Shown: positions 53,349-64,000 of the stretch, piece by piece | Position numbering within the stretch: the first letter of the stretch is position 1 | Layout of the letters: every line of letters starts with the position of its first letter | Assembly (NCBI GenBank): GCA_051294375.1 | Contig: CM119266.1 | Location: forward strand, 7,147,431-7,211,430 | DNA length: 64,000 nucleotides | Direction: 5' to 3' | DNA from: Paraspadella gotoi | Taxonomy: Eukaryota; Animalia; Chaetognatha | The notes under the pieces: model-generated | Database searches by the model: none | Told to the model about the DNA's origin: nothing | Seen by the model: only the letters and a program-made list of their open reading frames with translations | Position numbers and translations under genes: made by a program

Positions 53349-56207
53349 AGCTGGACAGACGCTGCAGAGCCGGAACTCGTTTTTAGACAAATCAGAAGAA
53401 GCAGTGACGGAGAAAAAGAGAGAGAGAGAGAGCGACATATATTTAAAAGAAAAGAGAGAGAGAGCGACATATAATTAAAACGTTTTTGTTTTATAAATAA
53501 AACATAAACAAATACGAATATTGATATGAAACATGAGAATTTTAAAGATCTTGATCTTAGAAGCCATATATGAAATTTCACTCCTATGATATCACACTTT
53601 CAGAAGCCATGATTGCAAAAAAGCGTGACCGAAAGCTAAACCGAATCAAAATCTAGCCAGGACGGGCTTTGCCCGCCTGGTCTGATAATAGAGGGTATTT
53701 GTTTGTTTTGATAAAATGTAAACAAAACATTTAATAACTGTCCTGACTCAATTTTAAGGACATCGATGATGAACAAGCTGAATATAAATTATAATTAATT
53801 ATTAAAATTAATTAAATAATTAATCTATTAATTAATTAATTAATTAATTAATCTATTAATTAATTAATTATCGAGGCAGATCCGACATTGTTTGCTCAAA
53901 CTTGTTTAGTTTTTGTTTTGTTTTATCAATATCACTGTGGCTTTATCGTCTTCCACTAAAAGGTTATTTTTCTCTATTTAATCTCAGTTTAATTTAATAC
54001 CATATTGAAAATAAAAGACACAATAGAATTGTGTCTCTACAACAACAAGACTCAATCTTGCATCAGAAAATCTGACAGATGATCTCTGGAACTCAGAGTT
54101 GATGTCTTTTTTTTCGCACGAAAGCAAAGATCACATATTTTGGGAGAAAAAAAAACAGAACAAAAATTTAAAAAAAACAAAAAAACTCGCGACAGAAAAA
54201 GAAGACATCTCTATTTTTTTAAGCGCAATACATTTTATTTTTATGAAAAGACATTTTCTCACTTAGTAAAAAAACGCGCATTTTAGGGTAAAATTTTCTA
54301 ATTATTGTAGAAGCTCAAGTTCTACATCGAGTGAAAAAAAAAATCTCTTCAACGCTAATCGCTGCACGTATTCGTGACTAACAATGGAGTGACATTTAAA
54401 ATGACAACATTGAAATGTGAAGATTTGACGGATTCCCAAGAGAGCTACTGATATCACCATTCACCAGTGATAATTAATGACTCCATAATTCACTTAAATC
54501 GTTTTAAATAATCCCTCTTTATGAAAGATTCTTTAATGCTGCATCTTCAACGAATGAATGCCCTAGTCAACCCTAATTGCCGCATCTTCATTCAATATAC
54601 CCTCTTCAACGATAATCACTGCATATTTAGCACTATTATACTCTCTTCGAAGCTAAATTGCTGCATCTTCATCCCCGATGCGCGCCCTCTTCAAAAAAAT
54701 GCTCGCATTACCTCGTTTCACCTTGGCTTTTCTCGGTCGAACATCGTGATTCCTCACTCTTCACTTCACAGTCTTCAGTTCGAATTCCCTCTTCGAGTCA
54801 CAAGGTCGATTTTCGCGGGACAAGAATTTTTCATGAAGTTTGTTTCTTATGCAAAGTTGGATGTTTCAAAGGGAAAGGAGATGAGATGGGGATGAGATGA
54901 GATGAGATGAGATGGGGATGTGATGGAATAGGATAGGATAGGAAGCTCTCTTCTTCAAAAGCGCCCCATTTTTGTTCCTTAATCTCTGATCTATATTTTA
55001 GACCTAAAATTTAACCTTAATTTATTTTAAACCCCATAATATAATTCTTAACTCTTATCTATAACTCTAACCTAATCCTTAACCATAACCCTAATCCTTA
55101 ACAAATAACCCTAATCATTAATCTTTAACCCTAATCCCTAACTCTAACCCAATCCTTAACAATAACCCTAATCTTTTATCATTAACCCTAATCGCTAACC
55201 CTTATCACTAACCCTAACCCTAAACTGTAATCTTTAAAGCTTAACCCAATAATAACATAATTCTTAAACCCAACCGTTGACCTAATCTTTAAACCTTATT
55301 ATTCCAAATTTAAAATGAAATTGGGCGTTTTTGGAAAATAATGCCGGATAGGACAAGATGGGATGGGACATGGATGGGGTTGATGGACTTGGCCGGGAGA
55401 GGATTGGATAGGATGAGGTAAGCTCGATGCGACGGTACGAGACGGATTGTGACTGGATGGATGGGACTTGATATTAACATAATGAAATGGGACCGAAGGG
55501 AATGGAAAAATGGCACTCGGGGGGGAAAAAGGTTGGATGATGGGAAAAGGTTGTTATGACAAGGGGATATTTGAATTTATTATATATTTAGGTTTATGAA
55601 GACTTTCATATGGACCATGTTCGAGTATATTCATTGTTCAACGTACGTCTGTGAAAGTATCCGTGTGATCACGAGTGAACTTTACAGCTAAAAACGTAAA
55701 AAAAAAAAAATTTTCACCCGAATTTTAAAAATGTTTTTACCTCAGCTGCGTTTCTCTCGCTGCTTAAGATGCAAAATGCAGATGCGCGACTGACTGACAT
55801 TTTTAAAGGAGCTTCATTGGATCGCTACATTTTCCTGCAGCTTGAGTGTAGCTGTTTGCGCAAAAAGCCATGCGTCATTAAGGACCGGATTTTTACACAT
55901 TTTCTTTTTCATTTCTCTTATATTATTTGTTTGCGCAATAATTTTTTTAGACATTTTTTATACAATTTTTTTTATGTTCCTTTTGGTAAGAGATTAACGA
56001 ACGACTATTTTACTTCAGCCACTTTTTTTTCTTTCTTGCTAGAAATTTCATGGCGCGAATAAAAGGGAAATCGAGATCAAGATATTGAGTGTCGTCGTTG
56101 TCGTCGTCGTTGATGATATCGGGTTTATCGTTGTTGTTGTTGTTCTTATCGCCTGTCTGTCCCTTTGTCTGTCTATCTGTCTGTCTGTCTCCATCTCACT
56201 CTCTTCC

Positions 56208-56305
<98 letters not shown>

Positions 56306-58249
56306 GGGCAAAAATATTGAAGTGTTTGAGGAAGAGCTTTAAATTTTCACCTTGTTTTGATCGTCTTCGCCTTAGTCGTCGTTGTTGTCGTTGTCGTCTT
56401 CGTCGTCGTTGTCGTCGTCGTCTTTCCCTCCAACTTCGACGCGACATAAAAATGGACGAATTTTCTTCGCCAAAGAAAAACTTCTTTTCTAACCTCGATG
56501 CTTTTTTCTCCCTCATCTTCGTTGTTGTTGTTTTGTTTTTTGTTTTTTTTTGCCGCCATCTTTGTTTCGGTTTGAATTAAATCGTGATAACTAGCTATCG
56601 GAGTAGTTGACGTTGACATTCATCTACGTTTATATCAAGTTTATAAAGGTTTATAAGTCTATTATTAAGTTTATTAAGTTTATATTTACCCATTCCAAAT
56701 AATTTTTTTTTCAGATTGTCCCAAGATCTGCGCTCATTCTGGCAGCCTCGACCTCAGCGATTGCTCTTGCACCTGCAAGGAGATCTTCCACGGAGAGGAA
56801 TGCATGGAGAGTGAGTCTCTCATCATGAAACTCCGTTTCTTTTTTTTTGGGGGGGGGAAGAAGATTAAAAACTCGGTTTTTTAGGAAGTTTTTTTTTTGT
56901 CTTTCGGTTTTATGGAGATCGTATAATATGACGGTTTGCATAACTCCTCTTTTCTCGTCCACTACTTTTCTTTTTTTTATTTTTCACATCTCTTACTCTC
57001 CATCCTATTTCCTTCTTACTTCTTCTCTCTTTCCTTCTTCTCCCCTTTCATCTGAGAAAAGAAGAAAAGAAAGAACTGGATAATGAACATCATCCATTTT
57101 GTCCACAAAAAAAAAAATGGCCTAAAAAAAAATTATGTCCTTTTTTCCTTTTTGACTCCCTTTTTTTGGTTCTCTTTTCTTTTTCTTTCTTTTCTTCTTT
57201 CTTTCTCTTTTTTTCTTTCTTTCTTTTTTTTTCCTCTTTCTTTCTTCCTCCCCTCCTATTCTCTACCCTCCCAACTATGTCACTTACCAATTTTCCCCAA
57301 CGCCTTACCCCCTCGTGGTTACTTCTCGCCCAAACTCTTTCCCCTCTTTTCTTTTTCTTGCGGAAAAAAAAAGGGAGAAAAGTGAAACGTGACCAGAGTT
57401 GAGATGTAGATTGGGATGTGTAGATTGGGATGTGGAAGAGGGGTCCAGGGTTAAATCATGAGGTTGGGATGTGGAAGAGGGGTCCAGGTGTTAAATCATG
57501 AGGTTGGGATGTGGAAAGAGGGGTCCAGGGTTAAATCATGAGGTTGGGATGTTGTGAACTTGAAGAGGGGTCTCTGGTTAAATCATGAGGTTGGGATGTG
57601 GAAGAGGGGTCCAGTGTTAAATCATGAGGTTGGGATGTTGAACTTGAAGAGGGGTCTCTGGTTAAATCATGAGGTTGGGATGTGGAAGAGGGGTCCAGTT
57701 TAAATCATGAGGTGGGATGTTGAACTTGAAGAGGGGTCTCTGGTTAATCATGAGGTTGGGATGTGAAGAGGGTCCAGTGTTAAATCATGAGGTTGGGATG
57801 TTTGAACTTGAAGAGGGGTCTCTGGTTAAATCATGAGGTTGGGATGCTGAAGAGGGGTCTACGGTTAAATCATGATGTTGAAGAGGTCCTCCTGCTGAAT
57901 GGTTAAGTCGGGTTAAAACTGGTACAATTAATATAAAATTATCCATTCATTCAATAAGCAATCGAGTCCCTGACTTTAGACATGGTAAGGCGCGTTTTAA
58001 AAAGCCTCCAGCTCTCTTACTACTTACAACACTATCTCAAACTAGTCTATTAATACTAATGTACTAGCCTCAAAATACAAGAAGCTTTTGAGTTATCACT
58101 GGGCTTATCATAATCATTTATCCTCAGGGGACTGCAACCGACCAGAGCAATGGTTCTGCGAGAATCAATGGAACAAATATCATTGCACTTACTTCATCAA
58201 CGCGCCGCACGAATGCCCTCACCTTTGCGGTCTTTGTCCCAAGAAGTAA
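30016..58249 (+). CDS. Secreted CAP/SCP-superfamily (CRISP-like) protein: signal peptide, Thr-rich segment, CAP domain, EGF-like module, ShKT domain
   Basis: Exons 30016-30222 ([34 protein letters not shown]), ~31804-32179 (Thr/Pro-rich, apparent indels), 43669-43882 ([11 protein letters not shown]...[20 protein letters not shown]), 45503-45624 ([21 protein letters not shown]...GQNI), 45951-46098 (WYDE...CGHYTQ), 50072-50166 ([12 protein letters not shown]...ICNYAP), 51000-51082 ([12 protein letters not shown]), 56715-56810 ([29 protein letters not shown]), 58128-58249 ([14 protein letters not shown]). The core from 43669 on is secure. Linkage of the first two exons is inferred from splice phase. 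Confidence 0.88.
30285..30620. repeat. 57-bp intronic minisatellite, ~5 copies
   Basis: CATGTAAAAGATTGAGATATTAAAGTTGTAAGGGATGTTAGAACTGTAGATGTCAAA period. Confidence 0.92.
33601..34532 (-). CDS. Nested 3-exon gene for an 85-aa secreted, prohormone-like peptide
   Basis: Exons 34532-34490, 34188-34072, 33698-33601, both introns phase 1, with donors GTGAGT and GTGATG and acceptors TTTCCAG and CCCCCGCAG. Protein: [93 protein letters not shown] context. Confidence 0.72.
34682..34688 (-). promoter_or_regulatory. Candidate TATA box (TATAAAA) for the nested peptide gene
   Basis: The minus strand reads GGAATATAAAAGAGG about 150 nt upstream of the ATG at 34532. Confidence 0.45.
36299..36385. mobile_element. 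Short MITE with ~25-bp TIRs flanked by TA (Tc1/mariner-like); mirror copy ~42327-42412, related hairpin ~7948-7990
   Basis: TA-CTGCAATATGTAAATTAGATTAAAG...CTTTAATCTCATTTGCATATTGCAG-TA. Confidence 0.6.
37135..37985 (+). mobile_element. HINE-like element, family B (mirror copy ~40905-41756 on the - strand); 3' end uncertain
   Basis: TTTTTAGTTG(A)CGCCGCGAG...GGAGCAA(A)CTCTATAAG...GTCGGTCCGTC start, possible 3' inverted repeat CGGCGCAATT near 37974. Confidence 0.5.
39030..39895. repeat. Degenerate (CCGA)n/(GGTC)n tracts either side of the palindrome centre
   Basis: (CCGA)n at 39030-39190 and (GGTC)n at 39430-39895. Confidence 0.85.
46880..49140 (+). repeat. Degenerate ~60-bp tandem repeat built from Asp/Glu/Asn codons
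   Basis: Clean units read GACGACGACGAAGATGAAGACGATGACGACAACGACGATGAAGACGAGGAGGAAGAAAAC ([20 protein letters not shown]), with many single-base indels. Confidence 0.85.
49436..49570. repeat. ~17-bp tandem repeat (GTATGGCAATAGATGGC)n
   Basis: About 7 degenerate copies. Confidence 0.75.
51132..53907 (+). mobile_element. HINE/DINE-1-like element, family A, with internal ~160-bp subrepeats and further embedded repeats
   Basis: 5' TTTTT-AGTCGGATCTGC, partial inverted copy then CTCTATAACTCAC, (GTCT)n at 51287-51363, subrepeats at ~51420, 51575, 51877, 52057 and 52210, 3' GCAGATCCGAC (53876-53886) plus hairpin GTTTGCTCAAAC and T-rich end. The two ends may belong to separate adjacent copies. Confidence 0.6.
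52690..53060 (+). repeat. Dispersed repeat shared with 35280-35890 (and its mirror 42760-43300)
   Basis: Shared blocks CATTCATTGATGCGATGATAGTCA, CCACGAAAATCTCGGA and AATCAGAATTTTTCAAAAA..GATCACG. Confidence 0.65.
54951..55338. mobile_element. TIR-flanked element filled with degenerate (TAACCC)n telomere-like repeats
   Basis: TTCAAAAGCGCCCCATTT at the left end and AAATTGGGCGTTTTTGGAA at the right end. Internal AACCCTAATCC/AACCCTAACCCTAA units at 55000-55290. Confidence 0.55.
57405..57888. repeat. 38/45-bp minisatellite with alternating units
   Basis: GTTAAATCATGAGGTTGGGATGTGGAAGAGGGGTCCAG alternates with a variant carrying TTGAACTTGAAG and TCTCTG. Confidence 0.9.
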
Positions 58250-60458
58250 AAGCCTTTCCAACTTACCCTTCACCGAATCACCAAAGTTAATCACCAAAGT
58301 TAATCACTAAAGCCTCTGACCTAAGTTAATCACCGGTGGGGTACATTTACGACCCTCCCGCCGTGCCCCACTACATCAATCCAGAGCTCCTCTACTACAT
58401 CAGCCTGACTAAATTCGGCTTCACAACATCATCATCGCAACAACATCACGAAAGGACGAAAGAAGGAAATTTCAAAGCGTCACAACCGCAGCCTTATGCT
58501 CATCTTCGTGGCGACCGTTTGTCAAAATATTTTTGTGAATACTTTCATAAAAACATTTGTGAAACTTTTTATGAGATCTTATGTGCAACATACGGTGAAT
58601 AACCTTAATAAGAACTAAATTCAAAACTATTCATTACACCATACAATTTTTTTTGTGAAATAATATTCATGAAAAACTAATTTCTTTGTAAAAACTTTTT
58701 ATCAAAACTTTTTTTAAAACATTGTTAAATATTGTTAAAAATGATCACATGTTTTTTTTTCACTTTTGTTGAATTTCTCAGTCGCGTTTTCTGCCAAATT
58801 GGTTACAAACTTTATTCACTCCTATTTAACATTTCAACATTTCAAACTCTATCATTTCATTTATGAATAACTATCTTAACAGTTAAAACTCTAATCTTAC
58901 CTCTGTCTCATGAAGTGCCATCGTTCAGGGTATAAAAAATTAACTTGATTTTTTAATGTTTTATTTTTTTAATTATTTTAACGATAATATATGCTCGTTA
59001 ATATGTTTTTACGCATTAGATACATTCACAAATCATTTTGAAGCTAAGTGTGACGTATCACCGAAGAACTCAATAACGATTTTCCCTCCTAAATGTTTTT
59101 TTAAATACATTTATTATTTTTTCTCGAAGTCACGTTTAGCGTTAAAACGGGTTAGCGTCGCTTTGGTAACTTCAACTTTTTTTTTAGAATCTTTTTTTCG
59201 TATTATATTTTTTAAAATTTTATTTATTTATTCATTTTTAAGGTCAAAAAGACTTAATTCGACATCTTTGGTTGTTAAAGTCAGATTTAAAATTATCAAA
59301 ACTTACGTATTTTACTTCATTCACCATATAATGTTATAAAACCAAAAAAAATCTGATTAAAATATTTTTTTTTAATTAAAATATCTGTTTCTCCTCTAAT
59401 GCAATATTTACCGATTTTCCCACTTTTTTACTATAAAATCCATGATTAAAAAAAATTGATGATATATTCGCGAAATTAAAATGNNNNNNNNNNATATCTG
59501 TTTCTCCTCTAATGCAATATATACCGATTTTCCCACTTTTTTACTATAAAATCCATGATTTAAAAAAATTGATGATATATTCGCGAAATTAAAATGATTA
59601 ATCAAAGCCAAATATAAGCCAAACTATTTTTTTATACATTTTTTTTGTAATAAAGTGCAACAGCTGATTTTTACTGCCTCCAGCGTTGATCAATGTATTT
59701 GCAACATTAAATATTCTTTATCTCGTTGCATGAGTCATTCTTTAATGTCGACTTAACTGTACATAACATTGTCATGTAATGATTATCTTTTTTGAGTGTT
59801 ATTGATATTCAATAGACATTCAATGCGCCGTATAATTTTTTCAAGAGGATTTATTGAATTACTAGCTATTGTTTTAAATAGTTTAAGTTTTAAACAATCT
59901 AGCTTTGTAACATGTTAATGTTAATATATCAAAATCACAAATTCTAGCTGGTCTATTTTCTTATTTTTTCTTTCCTCGCCTTCTCCCTTTCCTTCTCTCC
60001 TTTCTTCTCTTTTCCAAATATTTTTTCTCCATAACTCCGCCTACTTTTCTTTTTTTCCTCTTCCTCCTCCTCCTCCTCCTCCTCCTCCTTCCCTTCTTCA
60101 TTTAATCAGAAATTCCGATCAGATTTTCTCACTAATCGAAGTTCGTCTTCACAATCGATGCAAATCGCTGCTGACCAAAAATCACCAATCGCTCACCTTT
60201 GACCAGGACTGACCAATCAGTGGCCTTTGCCATGTATCTACCAATTACTCACCTTTGACCAGAACTCACCAATCACTCACCCTTGATCTGTACCTCACTC
60301 TCTTGTTCACTCACCTATAACGAGGAAAAGTCACCTTTCGGACACACACACGCACACAGACACAAAGACACACACACAGACACACACACACACATACACA
60401 AACACACACACTACACACAAAACACACACACACACACACACACATCCAAAACGCCATT

Positions 60459-60520
<62 letters not shown>

Positions 60521-60649
60521 CTCTCTCCCCCTTCTTTTTTGCCTTTTGTAGGTCAGTGTAACTTCTCAACTTAACTTTTTTGCCTTTTGAGCCAAATTTA
60601 TGTCCCCATTAACCAGTCTTGTCCATCTCTCTCTCTCTCTCTCTTTCTC

Positions 60650-60707
<58 letters not shown>

Positions 60708-60784
60708 CTCTTCTCTCTTCTCTTACGTGCCTCTGTTCGGAATCCAATTTTGTTCTTGTTTCGACCTTCGTGTGGAAATCATCA

Positions 60785-60815
<31 letters not shown>

Positions 60816-61587
60816 CGTTATCATCGTCTTCTGTATCGTCGTCCCCATTGTCTTTGTCATCGTCAACATTATCATCATATTCAATAATCAATAATCATTA
60901 TCAGTATTGTTATTATCATAATCGTCATGGTCTTCCTCTTCGCAATCGTCTTCATCACTGTCATCGTTGTCATCATCATCAACATCATTTGCTTATAATC
61001 GTCGTCATCATAGTCGTCGTCGTAATTGTCGTCGTCGTTCCACATCCTGGTTCGTGTTTCTTTTTTCTCCCGGATTTAAACTTTTTCGGATCCGGGATAA
61101 ACATCTGGTTCCGACTCCGAACATCTATAACCGTTCCTCACCATCTACGACCATCTCTAAAACATCCCTAACCATCATTTTATGTTTGTGCGATTCCAAG
61201 TTTCTGTTCCCTGCCCCAGACAGACAGACAGACAGACACTAGACAGTAGACAGGTTCAAGTTTTGTAAGATCCATACAATCTCGAATCAAGCTGGCGATT
61301 TTGAGAGGCAAGCATTATTCAATCTCTCTGACGGATGCAAAACAAGCTTATGATCCGAAGAAAACAAAGGACACGAAATAAGAGAACAAGAAAACAATCA
61401 AACGGGATTAGCGATGAAAACGAAACGATGGGAGATCAAGGGATCAGGTGGATTATGAGATCGGGTGATATGGGGATCAGGGGATCAGGGGATCAGGGGA
61501 TCAGAAGATTTTCTCTCAGGTGCAGGCGACCTCGTCGTGGCATCTCTGTACCGCGAGAGAGGACAATAACCTCGGACGGGGGACACG

Positions 61588-61659
<72 letters not shown>

Positions 61660-62596
61660 TTATTTCGTGTTTATTTTTTCGTCTTAGAAACAAAAGTCGT
61701 ATTTTTTTCTTGAAAAAAAAAAGATAAGCTAAGTTACAAAGACTCAAATGCGACCTATTTACTATCTTTAGTTTTCGCGCAAACAAATAGATAATTTAAA
61801 ATTTCTAAGTTATTTCTACTTTCTAATGACGCTTTTTTTTAAAGACAGCTTCTTGTCTTTATTTAAATAAAATAAGAAAAAAAAACAACTTTTTTTGCCA
61901 TTTAAAAAAATCTTTTTTATGAAAAAAACTCGGCCAGAGATATTTTGAATTGAACCTAAAATGATTGAGCCAACGACTGTAACCATAAATGGTTTTTATT
62001 AAAAAAAAAAATTGACAATTATGTTAGTTTTTAATCATTCTTTTTTCAGATTTTTATAACGAGAGTTTATGTCCTACATACTTACTTCTTTCATACATAT
62101 CGTACTTCAAAAAAAAAAAATGTCGGACTTAATCCATCAATGAAAACTCATTGCAACAGACAAGATGTTTTTGGACTGAGACTTCATTACAAAAAGCAGG
62201 AGCTTTACTGCATTACGCCGACGCTTGCGCAATAAAATTTTGGATATTATTCATTCTATATACAGTACTATACACCCCTTGACGAAAATGATCCAAATGC
62301 CTTAAAACGTTATATGGTTACAGCGAAAATCAAAAACGTATCAGAATCGTCAAAAAAAAACAAAAAAAAAAACAAAAAAAACCGAACGCAGCCTCGTTTT
62401 CGAATTGCAGTTTGAAAAAAAAACTATCCTATAAAATCCCTTCCGATGCCTCATTGAAATAAAATTAGCGAACTTGTAAGACGTTTATACAAGTTGTATA
62501 AATCTTTTTTTTTTTTTCAAAAATAAATCCGCCAAATCTGCGGCGACCCGAAGGATTTATTTCCCGATCGAATCGCCCTCATAGAAATTCCGCAAC

Positions 62597-62680
62597 ATGG
62601 GATGCGGTCCATCGACGGAAACGAATAAACAAGCGTTGACCAATTGGTCTCCTACTCCGGACAAGGACGACAGTTGGAAG
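62597..62680 (+). CDS. Probable first coding exon of an unidentified N-myristoylated/palmitoylated protein
   Basis: CAAC-ATG-G context, MGCGPSTETNKQALTNWSPTPDKDDSWK, perfect donor AAG/GTAAGT, upstream acceptor CTCATAG at 62584. Confidence 0.55.
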
Positions 62681-63375
62681 GTAAGTTAATCGGGTAGGGT
62701 CTTTGACCCGCGAGCTCCTTTGGAAATGACTATTAACGCTGAATAACTTTAGAATAACTTTAGCCTAAGTAAAAGTTAAGGAACAAAAAGTTACAATCCT
62801 TCTAGAAATGTGTATGTCAAAACCTTAATTACTGTCAATATATCGATATTTTATGCTTGGATTGGCTGACTTGGCTCATTGGCTCATTAAGATCTATATG
62901 ATTATTTTTTTCTAGATCTCTATGATCTACAATCCAACGATATTTATGAGTTTTTCAAACAAATGATCGTTTGAATTAAAAAACTGCGATAGTCAAGGTA
63001 TCCCCGAATCCCAGTTTGTCCGAAAATAAAGACCCATTTTTCTTTAAGGAGTAGATAAACTGTGGCGGTGAAGACCAACGATTTCCATGGTTGTAATTTT
63101 TGCAGCTTTCAAGATGTGTCCTGATAAAAAGTTATAAAATATATGAAATAAGTTTATCCAAAATAAAAATAATCTATCTATTTAATAGATACGCTATCTC
63201 GCCCATATTTTTGACAGGCAACGTCAGAGGCTTGCAAAAAGCTAACATTGCGGAATCCGACAAGATTCTTTCACAATCTAGTCTCACAGTCTCACAGTCT
63301 AGCCTTCATATCAATGAAGTGGTATTTAATGTTTTTATTAATTGTCTCAATTGTATGATTTCATTTTGTATCATG

Positions 63376-63665
63376 TATGGTGGACTAAAATCCACCAACC
63401 GTTCATCAGCGGCCATTGGTGCCGGAGGCAAGTCATTCGCCTCCCAACCCAAAGGTCCGGGGTTCTAGCCCGGTGGTTGTCTGGCAGTTAAGAGGGACGG
63501 GGCGCTTAACCCGCCTGTAACATGATCCGAAGCTCAGGGACTGCTTACATTGAACGGTTCTGTCATTAACACATAATAATAATTACTGTCTCTTCACATG
63601 TATACAAGACTTTCCTAACTCGCATTGACCTTTATTTAGTTCATTATTTATTTGTTATTTGTTAT
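63376..63665 (+). mobile_element. tRNA-derived SINE-like element
   Basis: tRNA-like head GCGGCCATTGGTGCCGGAGGCAAG..TCGCCTCCCA..GGTCCGGGGTTCTAGCCCGG with A/B-box-like motifs. The body matches the reverse complement of 13817-13863. Tail of (TTATTTG)-like repeats. Confidence 0.6.
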
Positions 63666-63820
63666 GATATAACTAGCATAATCAGACCTGCGACAAGAGG
63701 TCACGATCTGAGAGACAAAATCCCCTGAATTCGACCGGTAAGATGCCTCATGAAATGGACATTACATGACTTGACATGTTGAAAAAAAAAAAAAAAACTC
63801 ACGTGTCTGACACCATCAAG

Positions 63821-64000
63821 TAACCGAAATCCACGTTGCAGCCGCCCCAGTTCAGATTGACGTAGAAATGCCTTTTGTGAGTAGGACTTCCTTTCATGCT
63901 CCAGTAGTTGTAATCTCTGTCCACATCAACGCTCGGTCCGGCGTCGATCTAGATGATCCGTTTCCTCGTGAACCAGTTTTCGATGTTGCTGCCGGTTCCG
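63821..64000 (-). CDS. Edge-truncated exon of an invertebrate extracellular-type domain with an in-frame TAG (pseudogene or sequence error)
   Basis: GTGSNIENWFTRKRII*IDAGPSVDVDRDYNYWSMKGSPTHKRHFYVNLNWGGCNVDFGYLMVSDT then donor GTGAGT. The pattern NWF...RI...NY.S..G....R.F..N...GGC..D.G is recalled from uncharacterised invertebrate proteins, not verified by search. Confidence 0.5.

Noticed and set aside
55000-55290. True telomere or chromosome-fusion scar
   Set aside because: Highly degenerate, single orientation, intronic and TIR-flanked.
27543-57888. 47-, 57- and 38/45-bp arrays as CRISPR-like arrays
   Set aside because: They are head-to-tail repeats without unique spacers, there are no cas genes, and the context is eukaryotic non-coding DNA.
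59381-59600. ~100-bp direct repeat across a 10-N gap
   Set aside because: Contig-end overlap artefact.

Overview
This is eukaryotic (invertebrate metazoan-like) genomic DNA with GC-rich spliced exons in AT-rich, microsatellite-laden introns. N gaps and indel-rich patches look like long-read gap filling. Three multi-exon + strand genes can be rebuilt by hand with consistent splice phases: a 5'-truncated LEMD3/MAN1 (392-4088), a complete PTPN9/MEG2 (5152-11848), and a 28-kb secreted CAP/SCP gene (signal peptide, Thr-rich segment, CAP, EGF-like, ShKT; 30016-58249). The CAP introns hold the most interesting material: an opposite-strand 3-exon gene for an 85-aa secreted, prohormone-like peptide missed by the ORF track, a ~9-kb palindrome centred on a 25-N gap (possibly an artefact), a ~2.3-kb Asp/Glu-codon repeat, Helentron-type elements and a TIR-flanked telomere-like repeat element. 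Also present are a CCA-tailed 3' half of tRNA-Leu, a tRNA-derived SINE family, an MGC-start first exon and an edge-truncated minus-strand exon. No prokaryotic system or CRISPR array is present. All calls come from manual reading; no searches were run.
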